Notes under the pieces: model-generated
Database searches by the model: none
What the model was told of the DNA's origin: nothing
The model's input: the letters and a program-made list of their open reading frames with translations, nothing else
Assembly: GCA_945929875.1 (NCBI GenBank)
Contig: CAMEOO010000002.1
Location: forward strand, 1,813 to 65,812
Source of the DNA: an uncultured Bacillales bacterium
GTDB lineage: Bacteria > Bacillota_I > Bacilli_A > RFN20 > CAG-449
DNA: 64,000 nucleotides
Direction: 5' to 3'
In this document: one piece after another, positions 55,160-64,000 of the stretch
How the letters are laid out: every line of letters begins with the position of its first letter
Numbering within the stretch: the stretch's first letter is position 1
Made by a program: the position numbers and the translations under genes

Positions 55160-56971
55160 ATGAAGAAATTACTAAATCCAAAGATAATTATGGGGACATG
55201 TTTACTGTTTTCGTCTGCTTCTTTACTAGCATCTTGCTCTAAGAATTCAACAAAAACTTTCGATGTTACTTTTTATAATGGAGAAACTGTTTTAAAAGTT
55301 GAAAAAGTAGAAGAAGGTAAGAAAGCAACCGATTGGACACCTGTTGTCGAAGGCTACACATTCCAAGATTGGTATGGTACTCCTACTTTTACTCACGAAT
55401 TTGATTTTTCTACTCCAATTACTGCAAATACCAGCGTATTTGGTATGTTTATTTCTAATGAAGTTGTTGAAGATGCTCGTGACTTCTATGTTGTAGGATC
55501 AGGAACTAGTCCATTACTAGTTGAATCTAACTGGGGTAAAGTAGTTAACGACTCAATGAAATTAACGAAAGCTAGCGATAAAAATGAGTATACGATTACC
55601 ATGGATTTATATGCTGGAGATCAATTTCAATTTGCAATAAATTCTTCTTGGCACAATCAACGTGGTGTCGGATACTTAAAGGAATTTGAACTAAATGGCG
55701 AAGAAGTATTTAAAAATCCAGGAAGCGCTTATGGAAATAGCTCAAAAAGAAGCAATATTGAAGTTAAAAAATCCGGAAACTACACCTTTACATTAACTAC
55801 TCATCCAAATTTAGATTACTATGATACGGAAAATGCTAATTATACCGAAGCTGGTAAAGAAAACTTTAATTTAAGTGATTATGATACCATTACTTGGGTG
55901 AGAAATGGTGATGCTGCTGAAGCGGTAGAAACTATTACTACATATTACATTAAAGGCTCTGGAGTAACTAGTTGGACTGATGTCTACAACGCTCATACGA
56001 AGATGGTAGATAATGAAGGGACTCATACTTTAAAAGTTTTCTTAAAAGAAAAAGAAGAATTCTTATTTACTTCTACTACAACTGTTGGCGATAAAGTGAC
56101 AACAGGAACTGAATATTTAAGGTATTCTAATCTTGATGAAACTTCTAAAGAACTTTTTGAAAATACTGCTTCTTATAATATGGTTGCAAAAGCTACTGGC
56201 TATTACACATTTAGTTATGTAAAAGAAACTGGAGTGTTGTCAGCTAATTTTGAAGAAGGAATGTTAATTCCAACAGATTTCTATATCGATGGAACCTTTG
56301 GTAGTGAAGAAAGTTGGAGCGGTTATTGTTTCAAAGATGCATATAAGCTAGTTAAAGAAGATGGTAAAGATGTCTATAAGATTAGTGATGTTACTATGAA
56401 GAAAGATTCTGAATTCATCATTCAAGCATTCAAACAAGGATCTACTGAAAGAGGAGAATGGGGAACTGAATCATACAATGGACTTGGTAGTTATAACTTT
56501 AATTATCTATCTAATCCAGGAGAACTATTCTCAAAGGTTAGTGATACCAACAACAATATCAAAGTTCTAAAAGAAGGATCTTACGATATTACTTTCGATG
56601 CTTATTCTCAAATCATCAGCGTTTCAGAACATGTAAATGAAGTCAGTTATGATATCTATATTAAAGGCGGAATGAATAGTTGGAACTTTGGATTTAAAGA
56701 AGAATGGAAGCTAACTAAGAATACAGAAAACTCATCTCTATATGAAATTTCTTTAGATTTTGAGAAGGATTGGGAAGTTGGCCTTGCCTTATTTAACGAG
56801 GGAGAAACTACAGGTTATGGAACTTGGATTGGTTTAGAAAAGTTAGGCACTTCAGGTGATGCAAATGATAAATTTGCTGTAGCTTCTGGAAATTTAAAAT
56901 GTAATACTGCTGGAAAATATAAAGTAGTTTACAATATCGAAACAGAAAAAATCGATTTCTATTTAGCATAA
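55160..56971 (+). CDS. Surface lipoprotein: Listeria-Bacteroides (Flg_new) repeat plus four CBM/SusE-F-like modules of about 105-115 aa
   Basis: Lipobox LLASC. Flg_new-like FDVTFYNGE...EGYTFQDWYGTP...FDFSTPITANTSVFGMF. Four modules (about aa 108-215, 261-365, 373-487, 497-603) each open with (F/Y)Y(V/I)xG...W and close with G-x-Y-x-(F/I/V)-(T/S/V). Confidence 0.75.
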   Translation: MKKLLNPKIIMGTCLLFSSASLLASCSKNSTKTFDVTFYNGETVLKVEKVEEGKKATDWTPVVEGYTFQDWYGTPTFTHEFDFSTPITANTSVFGMFISNEVVEDARDFYVVGSGTSPLLVESNWGKVVNDSMKLTKASDKNEYTITMDLYAGDQFQFAINSSWHNQRGVGYLKEFELNGEEVFKNPGSAYGNSSKRSNIEVKKSGNYTFTLTTHPNLDYYDTENANYTEAGKENFNLSDYDTITWVRNGDAAEAVETITTYYIKGSGVTSWTDVYNAHTKMVDNEGTHTLKVFLKEKEEFLFTSTTTVGDKVTTGTEYLRYSNLDETSKELFENTASYNMVAKATGYYTFSYVKETGVLSANFEEGMLIPTDFYIDGTFGSEESWSGYCFKDAYKLVKEDGKDVYKISDVTMKKDSEFIIQAFKQGSTERGEWGTESYNGLGSYNFNYLSNPGELFSKVSDTNNNIKVLKEGSYDITFDAYSQIISVSEHVNEVSYDIYIKGGMNSWNFGFKEEWKLTKNTENSSLYEISLDFEKDWEVGLALFNEGETTGYGTWIGLEKLGTSGDANDKFAVASGNLKCNTAGKYKVVYNIETEKIDFYLA

Positions 56972-56977
56972 GTAAAA

Positions 56978-57007
56978 ATGGTTACCCATCTTTTGGTGAG
57001 TAACCAT
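56978..57007. terminator. Bidirectional terminator hairpin
   Basis: 8-bp stem atggttac/gtaaccat between convergent genes. Confidence 0.5.
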
Positions 57008-57017
57008 ATCATTTTAT

Positions 57018-57812
57018 TTAAATCTCATAGAAGTGAATATCGAATTTATTATGGCTTAAAGCTTGCTCGATACATTCGTATATTTGTTGAATTTTTCTAT
57101 CTAAGGTTCCGCTATTAAATAGGACTACTTTACCTTCTTTAGAAGAAAAATAATCATAGATAACTTTGCTATCGGTCACGATGTTATTTGAGGAAATATC
57201 ATATAGATCTTCAACCTTACTTACTAATTCAACATTGTCAAATGAAGAATAGATTTTATCTTTTAGTTCCTCGGATGAAGGCTTAAGGCCAATAAATGTA
57301 TATTGAGAAAAAACTTTACTAGCTTCCTCTTTAACTTTTTGATAATTGGTAGTGACTTGGAAGAAAAGATGATCGTTAATTAATGAATCTAAAGCAATTA
57401 AGGGAATGAAGTTATTCTTACCTAATTCTCTAAATTCTTCTTTAGATAAATTGTAGGCTAATAAAGCGTCAGCATTATTAATTTGAACATAAGGTTTTCT
57501 TCCATATACTAAACTCATATTGTGCTTAGAAAAATAAGAGGAAGCTTTATCTAAGATATGAAGATATTCTAGTCTATTTAAATACTTCATAGATTCGTCT
57601 GTATAAATTGCCACTAAACGATGTTGAGGAAGGGTTCTTAAATTTTTCGCGATTACGCTAGGCTTATAATTAAGCATGTTAACAGCATGTAAAATCTTAC
57701 TTCTAGTATCTTCACTAATCGATTGAGTCTCCTTATTATTGATTACATATGACACAGTGGCTGTGGAGACATTACAGTATTTAGCTATGTCTTTAATTGT
57801 TACTTTACTCAT
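57018..57812 (-). CDS. LacI-family transcriptional regulator (short, 264 aa)
   Basis: N-terminal HTH TIKDIAKYCNVSTATVSYVINN...YKPSVIAKNLR. The effector domain is about 60-70 aa shorter than typical LacI/GalR proteins. I prefer ATG 57812. Confidence 0.85.
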   Translation of the reverse strand: MSKVTIKDIAKYCNVSTATVSYVINNKETQSISEDTRSKILHAVNMLNYKPSVIAKNLRTLPQHRLVAIYTDESMKYLNRLEYLHILDKASSYFSKHNMSLVYGRKPYVQINNADALLAYNLSKEEFRELGKNNFIPLIALDSLINDHLFFQVTTNYQKVKEEASKVFSQYTFIGLKPSSEELKDKIYSSFDNVELVSKVEDLYDISSNNIVTDSKVIYDYFSSKEGKVVLFNSGTLDRKIQQIYECIEQALSHNKFDIHFYEI

Positions 57813-57865
57813 AGATAAAATATTAACACTAAAGATAATTTTAGTCAAATGGAAGGAAAATGGTC

Positions 57866-59533
57866 ATGAATCAGTACGCGCTATACCATAAATGTGAATC
57901 TAATTATTGTTTCCCGATAAGCAAAGATGAAATAACTATTAGATTGAGAACTAGCAATAAAGATAATATTTCAAAAGTATATCTAGTTTACGGATGTAAA
58001 TATGATTTTTATCGTGTTCAACATCAAAAGGAAATGGAGTTACGGTATGTAGATAAATTGTTCTCATACTATGAAGTGACTCTAAAGCTAAAGGATGTAA
58101 GACTCACATATATTTTTAAAATTTTATCTGAAGGAGAAACCTTCTTTTATTCAGAAGATGGATTAACTTCTTCTTATGACTTTAATTATAATTTTTATAA
58201 TTGTTTCCAATATGCTTATATTCATGATTCTGATGTGCTAAAAGAAGTTAGTTTTATGAAGGATGCAATATTTTATGAAATTTTTATCGATCGATTTAAA
58301 ATTGGAAATCAAAATAAAGATAAATCTTATATCAATATGAAATGGGATGATAAACCTACTCCAAAAAGTTTTGCAGGTGGCGATCTTCAAGGAATCATCT
58401 CTTCTTTAGATTATTTAGCAAAACTTGGTGTTAATGCATTATATTTAACGCCTATATTTAAATCGATATCTAATCACAAATACGATATTGAAGATTACTT
58501 TCAAATCGATGAGCATTTTGGTGATGAAAAAACATTGAAAGAACTGATTGATAAAGCTCACGAAAAAAATATAAAAGTGGTCTTAGATGCTGTTTTTAAT
58601 CATGTGAGCGAAAGGTTTTCTTACTTCCAAGAAGTCTTAAAAAATAAAGAAAAATCTAAATACTATCATTGGTTTATCTTTGATGGAGAAGATTATGAAT
58701 GCTTTTCAAGTTGCAAGTATATGCCAAAACTAAATACCGATAATAAAGAAGTTCAGGATTATCTTATTTCAGTTGGTAGATACTATATTGAAAAATTTAA
58801 TATCGATGGGTGGAGATTAGATGTCTCTGACGAAGTTAGTCATTCTTTCTGGAAAGAATTTAGAAAAGAGATGAAATCTTTAAATAAAGAGGTCATTTTA
58901 ATTGGAGAAAACTGGCACGATGCAAATAAGTTCTTACAAGGCGACGAGTTTGATTCGATTATGAATTACGCTTTTACTAAAGCTCTTTTAGATTATTTGG
59001 CATTTAATAATTTTTCTTCAAAAATGATGAGTGATAAATTAAATGAGTTATTGACTAGAAATACTAGTATCGTCAATAAGATGATGCTTAATTTAATTGA
59101 TACTCACGATACCCTTCGTTTCTATACGGAAGTCAATAAAGATATAAACAAGTATTTGATTGCTTTAGCTATTTTATTTTTCTATGAAGGATCGCCTTGC
59201 ATTTATTATGGAGATGAAAGTTTGATGGAAGGAGGATATGATCCTGATTCAAGAAGAGGATTTAAGAAAAATATCTCTAATGAAGCGTATAAATTGATTG
59301 TTAAATTAACAAAACTTAGAAAGAAAAAAACTTTTATCAATTCATCTTTATATATTAGAAGTGAGAATAATCTCTTGATATTAGAAAGAGTATACAAAAA
59401 AGAAGTTTATTCTTTAATAGTTAATATCGATGAAGAGATTAAGTATTCTACAGAAAAAGTATTAATAAGTAATAATTATTTTGATGAGACTTTGAAAAAA
59501 AATAGTTTTGTCATAGAAAGGAGAACTAGATGA
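57866..59533 (+). CDS. GH13 neopullulanase/cyclomaltodextrinase-type alpha-amylase
   Basis: N-terminal CBM34-like domain. GH13 regions DAVFNHV, DGWRLDVSDEV, LIGENWHD and LIDTHDT. No signal peptide. ATG 57866 is 8 nt from GGAAGGA. Confidence 0.9.
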   Translation: MNQYALYHKCESNYCFPISKDEITIRLRTSNKDNISKVYLVYGCKYDFYRVQHQKEMELRYVDKLFSYYEVTLKLKDVRLTYIFKILSEGETFFYSEDGLTSSYDFNYNFYNCFQYAYIHDSDVLKEVSFMKDAIFYEIFIDRFKIGNQNKDKSYINMKWDDKPTPKSFAGGDLQGIISSLDYLAKLGVNALYLTPIFKSISNHKYDIEDYFQIDEHFGDEKTLKELIDKAHEKNIKVVLDAVFNHVSERFSYFQEVLKNKEKSKYYHWFIFDGEDYECFSSCKYMPKLNTDNKEVQDYLISVGRYYIEKFNIDGWRLDVSDEVSHSFWKEFRKEMKSLNKEVILIGENWHDANKFLQGDEFDSIMNYAFTKALLDYLAFNNFSSKMMSDKLNELLTRNTSIVNKMMLNLIDTHDTLRFYTEVNKDINKYLIALAILFFYEGSPCIYYGDESLMEGGYDPDSRRGFKKNISNEAYKLIVKLTKLRKKKTFINSSLYIRSENNLLILERVYKKEVYSLIVNIDEEIKYSTEKVLISNNYFDETLKKNSFVIERRTR

Positions 59534-60984
59534 AAAAGAATCTTGTCGCTTTAATAACTCATTTTTGCGTGATTTCTGGCTTACTAATTAGCTTTGGCGC
59601 CCTTTCTCTTGTGGATCTTTCTTCTAATGAAGAACAAAGTAAATTCACTGGAGAACTTGAAAAAAATGTCACGATTAGAGTTCTAGAAAATGATACGGCA
59701 AAAGAAACCGGTTATTTAAAAGAACTATTAGATGCTTTTAATGAAGCATATAAAGATTATGGAATTGAGGCAAAAGACGCCAATATGGATCAATATACTG
59801 ATCTTGAAACTGGTGGCCCTTATGGATATGGACCAGATGTCTTATATCAAGCAAATGATGCGATCATGAAATATGTTTCAGGTAGACATATTCTTCCTTT
59901 ACCAATAGAAGAGTTAGAATGTTATGAACATACTTCATCAAAAGCTTTTGATGCTTATAAATATAAAATGAATGATCAAACTTATTATTTTGGTGTTCCA
60001 GTTAATATTCAACAACCTCTTCTTTTCTATAGAAAAGATCTTCTTCCAAGTGACTGGAAAGAAAAATGGGATAAAGATAATAACGATGTTCCTGATATGG
60101 TGGAGTATTGGTCTAGCTTATATAGCTATTCTAAAGAGATCGTTGATAATTCTTCTCGTCAAAAATTTGGCTATATGAAATCTTTAAACGATGGCTATTT
60201 TGCTTCTGGATATTTCTTTTCTTACGGGGGATACGTTTTTGGAGGAGAAGATGAAAACGATGTATATGATATCGGTTTTTCTAAAAATGATAGTTATCTA
60301 GGAGGAAGAATCATTCGTCAACTAGCTTCTGTGATGAATTTAGAATGTACGGAAGATACTATCACAAGAAACTCTTATTCTAGACTTGCTCAAGGAACTT
60401 ATTTTGCAACTATGACTACTCCAGATGTCTATTCTTTATTTATCAAGGAGTTAACTAATCAATATATAAAAGAGGGTTTATCTAAAGAAGAAGCTTCAAA
60501 TAAAGCTAAGGAAAACCTGATTGTAAAGGATGTTCCTTTACTTCCAAAAAGTGGGGATTTATTAGATCAAGAAGGGCCTACTATTAAAATGAAAGTTATG
60601 GGTGGAGTAAATGGTTATGCGATTAGTTCTTACACTAAAGCACCTAATGCTTCTTTGGAATTTGTAAAATTTGCAACTAGTTATAGCATGATAAAGAAAA
60701 GAGCCCAGATGTTATCCATCTCTCCTTCTAGAGAAGATGTTTCAAAAGAAGAAGGAGGATTAAACGATATGATATACGAAAATCTAAATAATGGTGATAT
60801 CTATGTGATGCCTAGTGTTAGAGAGCTTGCTCAAGTATGGACTCCTCTTCAAACTTTCTGCGCTCAACTTGCTGATGACGTACTAAATAATAAAGGCAAA
60901 TTTGAAACTGATGAATCTATTAAAGATGGTTTAAAAAATGTTGATCAGCAGATCTATGATGCAATTCATACGCTTAATAGCTAG
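59530..60984 (+). CDS. ABC sugar (maltodextrin-type) substrate-binding protein
   Basis: 484 aa family-1 SBP upstream of MalF/MalG-like permeases. Has an N-terminal hydrophobic anchor but no canonical lipobox Cys. Confidence 0.85.
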   Translation: MKKNLVALITHFCVISGLLISFGALSLVDLSSNEEQSKFTGELEKNVTIRVLENDTAKETGYLKELLDAFNEAYKDYGIEAKDANMDQYTDLETGGPYGYGPDVLYQANDAIMKYVSGRHILPLPIEELECYEHTSSKAFDAYKYKMNDQTYYFGVPVNIQQPLLFYRKDLLPSDWKEKWDKDNNDVPDMVEYWSSLYSYSKEIVDNSSRQKFGYMKSLNDGYFASGYFFSYGGYVFGGEDENDVYDIGFSKNDSYLGGRIIRQLASVMNLECTEDTITRNSYSRLAQGTYFATMTTPDVYSLFIKELTNQYIKEGLSKEEASNKAKENLIVKDVPLLPKSGDLLDQEGPTIKMKVMGGVNGYAISSYTKAPNASLEFVKFATSYSMIKKRAQMLSISPSREDVSKEEGGLNDMIYENLNNGDIYVMPSVRELAQVWTPLQTFCAQLADDVLNNKGKFETDESIKDGLKNVDQQIYDAIHTLNS

Positions 60985-60996
60985 GAAGGAGGAAAT

Positions 60997-62367
60997 ATGA
61001 TTATCGTTAATAAACTAAAGAAATTCATTATTTCAATTGGAAGATTTTTTAAAGAAAAATTTAATGGAGCTAAAGAGATAATCAAAGAAGGAGATAACAA
61101 AGTTTTTGCCTCTTTCTTCGTGATGGGACTAGGTCAACTTCTTTATAAACAATGGGTTAAAGGGTTTATCTATTTAGCAATACAAATTTTGTTTATCGTA
61201 TATTTCGTCTTAACTGGCGCAAGCGACTTGTTTGGCTTATTTACTTTGGGAAGAAAAGAAGGAAATGAATGGTATGGGATTCAAGGAGACAATTCTATTG
61301 TCATGCTAATCATGGGAATTCTTTCTGTCATCGTAATAATTTTTTATATCGCATTGTATATCTCAAATATTAAAGATTGCTATAAAACTCAATGCGCATA
61401 TGACACTTTAAAGAAAGTCAATAACTTTAAAGATGATGTAAATAATTTACTAGACAAATCTTTCTATAAGACCGCTTTAGCTTTACCAGTGGTGGGAGTA
61501 ATGGTGTTTAGCATTTTGCCAATTGTCTTTATGATTTTAATTGCTTTTACTAATTATGGAGGAGATATCGTCCCTCCCGCTTTAGTGGATTGGGTAGGAC
61601 TAGCTAACTTTAAGAAGATACTATCGCTTGGCCAATTTGCTCCTACTTTCTTTAAGATATTTGGCTGGAATATGCTTTGGGCAATCATGTCTACTGCATT
61701 AAATTATTTTGCAGGGCTAGGTTTAGCGCTTCTATTAAATAAAAAATGCGTTAAAGGAAAAGTAATTTGGAGAGCTTTTCCAATTCTTGCTTATGCAATT
61801 CCAGGATTTATCACTTTGCTAGGATTTAAGTTTATGTTTTCTTACGGAGGTCCTATTAACTATTATATCGCTTTATTAGGTGGAGAAAAGATTGGCTTTT
61901 TAGGGCTAAATTCTAAGTGGATAGCTAGATTTATAGGCTTAGGAGTTAACGCTTGGATCAGCATTCCTTCAACTATGCTACTTGCCACTGGAATATTATC
62001 TAATATCAATAACGATCTATATGAAGCGGCAAGAGTAGATGGCGCCAGCGCCTTTAGACAATTTAGAAAGATTACTTTACCTTATGTAATATTTGCTACC
62101 ACACCGGTTCTTATTTCTCAATTTATAGGCAATTTTAATAACTTTGGAATTTTCTATTTCCTTAGAGGAGGATTATATTCAGATGGCTACTTCTTAGCCT
62201 CTGATACCGACTTATTAATTAACTGGTTATACAATATGTCAATTGATAATAACTACTATTCTGTTGGTGCGGCTATAAGCTTAGTAATTTTCATAATTAC
62301 TTCAATTATTTCACTAACGGTATATGTACTTTCACCAGCATATAGACAGGAGGAAACATTTAGATGA
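60997..62367 (+). CDS. ABC sugar permease, MalF-like
   Basis: 456 aa with an extra N-terminal TM pair and the EAA loop EAARVDGASAFRQFRKITLP. Confidence 0.9.
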   Translation: MIIVNKLKKFIISIGRFFKEKFNGAKEIIKEGDNKVFASFFVMGLGQLLYKQWVKGFIYLAIQILFIVYFVLTGASDLFGLFTLGRKEGNEWYGIQGDNSIVMLIMGILSVIVIIFYIALYISNIKDCYKTQCAYDTLKKVNNFKDDVNNLLDKSFYKTALALPVVGVMVFSILPIVFMILIAFTNYGGDIVPPALVDWVGLANFKKILSLGQFAPTFFKIFGWNMLWAIMSTALNYFAGLGLALLLNKKCVKGKVIWRAFPILAYAIPGFITLLGFKFMFSYGGPINYYIALLGGEKIGFLGLNSKWIARFIGLGVNAWISIPSTMLLATGILSNINNDLYEAARVDGASAFRQFRKITLPYVIFATTPVLISQFIGNFNNFGIFYFLRGGLYSDGYFLASDTDLLINWLYNMSIDNNYYSVGAAISLVIFIITSIISLTVYVLSPAYRQEETFR

Positions 62368-63218
62368 GTAAAGATAAAAAAAGAATCAAAAGAAGATGTA
62401 AAAAAACTCTTGATGTCATCATCACTTATTGCATCTTAATCATTGTCGCATTTATATTTTTCTTCCCTTGTTTATGGCTAATTCTAGCGTCGTTTTCAAA
62501 GTCGGGATCGATTTATTCTTTCGATGGGTTCTTTCCTAAAGAATATGGCCTTGACGCCTTTATAACTTTATTTACCGACACGGTTATGTACAATTATCAA
62601 AGGTGGTTTTTAAATACTTTGTTCATCGCTTCTTGCAGCTGTATTTTAGGAACATTATTAACGATTTTAACGGCTTATTGTATGTCTAGATTCCGTTTTA
62701 AATCTCGAAAAGCGATGATGAAGACAACTTTAGTGTTAGGAATGTTTCCTTCATTTATGGGAACTATCGCGGTTTATTTGATCATGACTCAATTTCATCT
62801 AGTTAATCAAATGTGGGGGCTAATATTAATTTATTCGGCACAAGCTCCAATGGGTTATATGGTTCAAAAGGGATTCTTTGACACTATTCCTTATTCTATT
62901 GATGAGGCAGCTAGAATTGATGGGGCGAGCAATTTTGAAATATTTAGGAAGTTTATTCTTCCAATGTCCAAACCAATGCTAGTTTATACAGCATTGACTT
63001 CCTTTACTTGGCCTTGGAGTGATTTCATCCTTCCAAAGATGTTACTCCAAGATAAGAACCTTTATACGGTTGCTGTTGGATTAATGTCACTTGGAGAGAC
63101 CGAGTTTGCAAGATTTGCAGCTGGTTCTATCATCATTGCTATTCCAATTATCATTTTATATTTCTGCTTAGTAAAATATATGATCAACGGCATGTCGGCC
63201 GGAGCGGTTAAAGAATAG
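62364..63218 (+). CDS. ABC sugar permease, MalG-like
   Basis: EAA loop [24 protein letters not shown] overlap with the upstream permease gene. Confidence 0.9.
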   Translation: MSKDKKRIKRRCKKTLDVIITYCILIIVAFIFFFPCLWLILASFSKSGSIYSFDGFFPKEYGLDAFITLFTDTVMYNYQRWFLNTLFIASCSCILGTLLTILTAYCMSRFRFKSRKAMMKTTLVLGMFPSFMGTIAVYLIMTQFHLVNQMWGLILIYSAQAPMGYMVQKGFFDTIPYSIDEAARIDGASNFEIFRKFILPMSKPMLVYTALTSFTWPWSDFILPKMLLQDKNLYTVAVGLMSLGETEFARFAAGSIIIAIPIIILYFCLVKYMINGMSAGAVKE

Positions 63219-63229
63219 GAGAAAAGATT

Positions 63230-64000
63230 ATGGCTAATTTAAGTTTAAAACACATTTATAAAGTATATCCAAATGGAACTAAAGCGGTAAATGATTTTAA
63301 TATGGACATTAAAGATAAGGAGTTTATCGTTTTTGTTGGGCCTTCTGGATGTGGAAAATCTACTACATTAAGAATGATCGCCGGTTTAGAAAAGATCACT
63401 TATGGTGAACTTACTATTGCTGATGAAGTAGTCAATTCTTTAGAACCAAAAGAAAGAGATATCGCGATGGTTTTCCAAAACTATGCTTTATATCCTCATA
63501 TGACAATTTATGAAAATATCGCTTTTGGATTAAGAACTAGAAAAGTTAATAAAAAGATAATTGATGAAAAGGTAAAAGAAGCTGCGAAAACTTTAGGAAT
63601 AGAGGAATATCTATATAAAAAACCTAAAGAAATGTCTGGAGGGCAAAGGCAAAGAGTAGCTCTTGGAAGAGCGATAGTAAGAGAACCTAAAGTAATGCTA
63701 CTTGATGAACCGCTAAGTAATTTAGATGCAAAATTAAGAACTCAAATGAGATCTGAAATTGTCAAACTTCATAAAAAATTAAATACGACATTTATCTATG
63801 TTACTCACGATCAAGTGGAAGCTATGACCATGGGAACCAGAATTGTGGTGATGAAAGATGGATTTGTAAAACAAATTGATAGTCCAAAGAATTTATATCG
63901 TTATCCATCAAATAAATTTGTCGCTTCATTTATCGGTTCACCTCAAATGAATTTCTTTAATGTTACTCTTAAAAAGCAAAACAACGATGTAAAAGTAGAA
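63230..64000 (+). CDS. ABC sugar-transport ATPase (MsmX/MalK-like), 3' end outside the window
   Basis: Not in the ORF track because no stop lies in the window. My translation reads [23 protein letters not shown]..., with Walker [10 protein letters not shown], signature MSGGQRQRV and Walker [11 protein letters not shown]. Confidence 0.9.
   Translation, partial: MANLSLKHIYKVYPNGTKAVNDFNMDIKDKEFIVFVGPSGCGKSTTLRMIAGLEKITYGELTIADEVVNSLEPKERDIAMVFQNYALYPHMTIYENIAFGLRTRKVNKKIIDEKVKEAAKTLGIEEYLYKKPKEMSGGQRQRVALGRAIVREPKVMLLDEPLSNLDAKLRTQMRSEIVKLHKKLNTTFIYVTHDQVEAMTMGTRIVVMKDGFVKQIDSPKNLYRYPSNKFVASFIGSPQMNFFNVTLKKQNNDVKVE

Noticed and set aside
59972-60178. 68-aa same-strand, out-of-frame ORF inside the substrate-binding protein gene
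   Set aside because: It is embedded in a well-supported SBP coding frame. It has no RBS and a hydrophobic, AT-codon-driven composition.
1-64000. Mollicutes-type genetic code (TGA = Trp), suggested by the very low GC
   Set aside because: TGA terminates several well-defined genes (e.g. 677-679, 17705-17707, 35509-35511). Trp is encoded by TGG throughout, and a class A PBP and sporulation genes are present.
1-64000. CRISPR arrays, IS elements or rRNA operons
   Set aside because: I saw no regularly spaced 25-40 bp direct repeats, transposase-like ORFs, terminal inverted repeats or rRNA-like sequence. The only regular repeats are the coding EEVK tract and the 60-bp TGAAAA array.

Overview
Low-GC (roughly 30% G+C by eye), standard-code chromosomal segment (TGA is a stop, e.g. 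677-679; Trp is TGG) from a spore-forming Bacillota-type bacterium. It holds about 60 protein genes and 7 tRNAs. I saw no rRNA, CRISPR array, transposase, integrase or phage structural genes. The backbone is housekeeping and strongly syntenic with Bacillus subtilis: rny-ymdB-spoVS-miaB-ymcA/ricA-cotE-mutS-mutL-miaA, DUF951(yyzM)-ychF, ywiB-argS, rpoE-fba, yunB/yutH/yutI-like and yugI-pgi. The interesting material sits in insertions into that backbone. (i) A FakA-esterase-FakB-acyltransferase operon lies behind an intramembrane-sensing two-component system (5-6078). (ii) Two membrane-tethered XRE regulators are wedged between ricA and cotE (11029-12727). (iii) Two MacB-architecture NBD-FtsX fusion proteins with large unassignable extracytoplasmic domains are wedged between DUF951 and ychF (19662-24344). 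(iv) A Fic gene and a decayed COG2865 (Schlafen/AlbA_2-type) gene lie downstream of a 5-tRNA cluster (36.7-39.5 kb), and a second remnant of the same family follows tRNA-Leu(GAG). (v) A tRNA-bounded islet of about 5 kb (44.8-49.8 kb) holds a secreted Tyr-phosphatase lipoprotein, a minimal kinase-like protein, a methyltransferase-fold protein, a phased TGAAAA/cre operator array and a membrane-anchored 4x DUF1508 protein. (vi) A starch/maltodextrin locus has a four-module surface lipoprotein, GH13, a short LacI regulator and an ABC importer (55.0-64.0 kb, running off the window). I cannot recognise any known defence system. The best candidates for something undescribed are (iii), (ii) and (v). 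All three rest on sequence reading and inference and need structure prediction and comparative genomics. Many ORF-track starts were moved to internal ATGs that have proper Shine-Dalgarno spacing.
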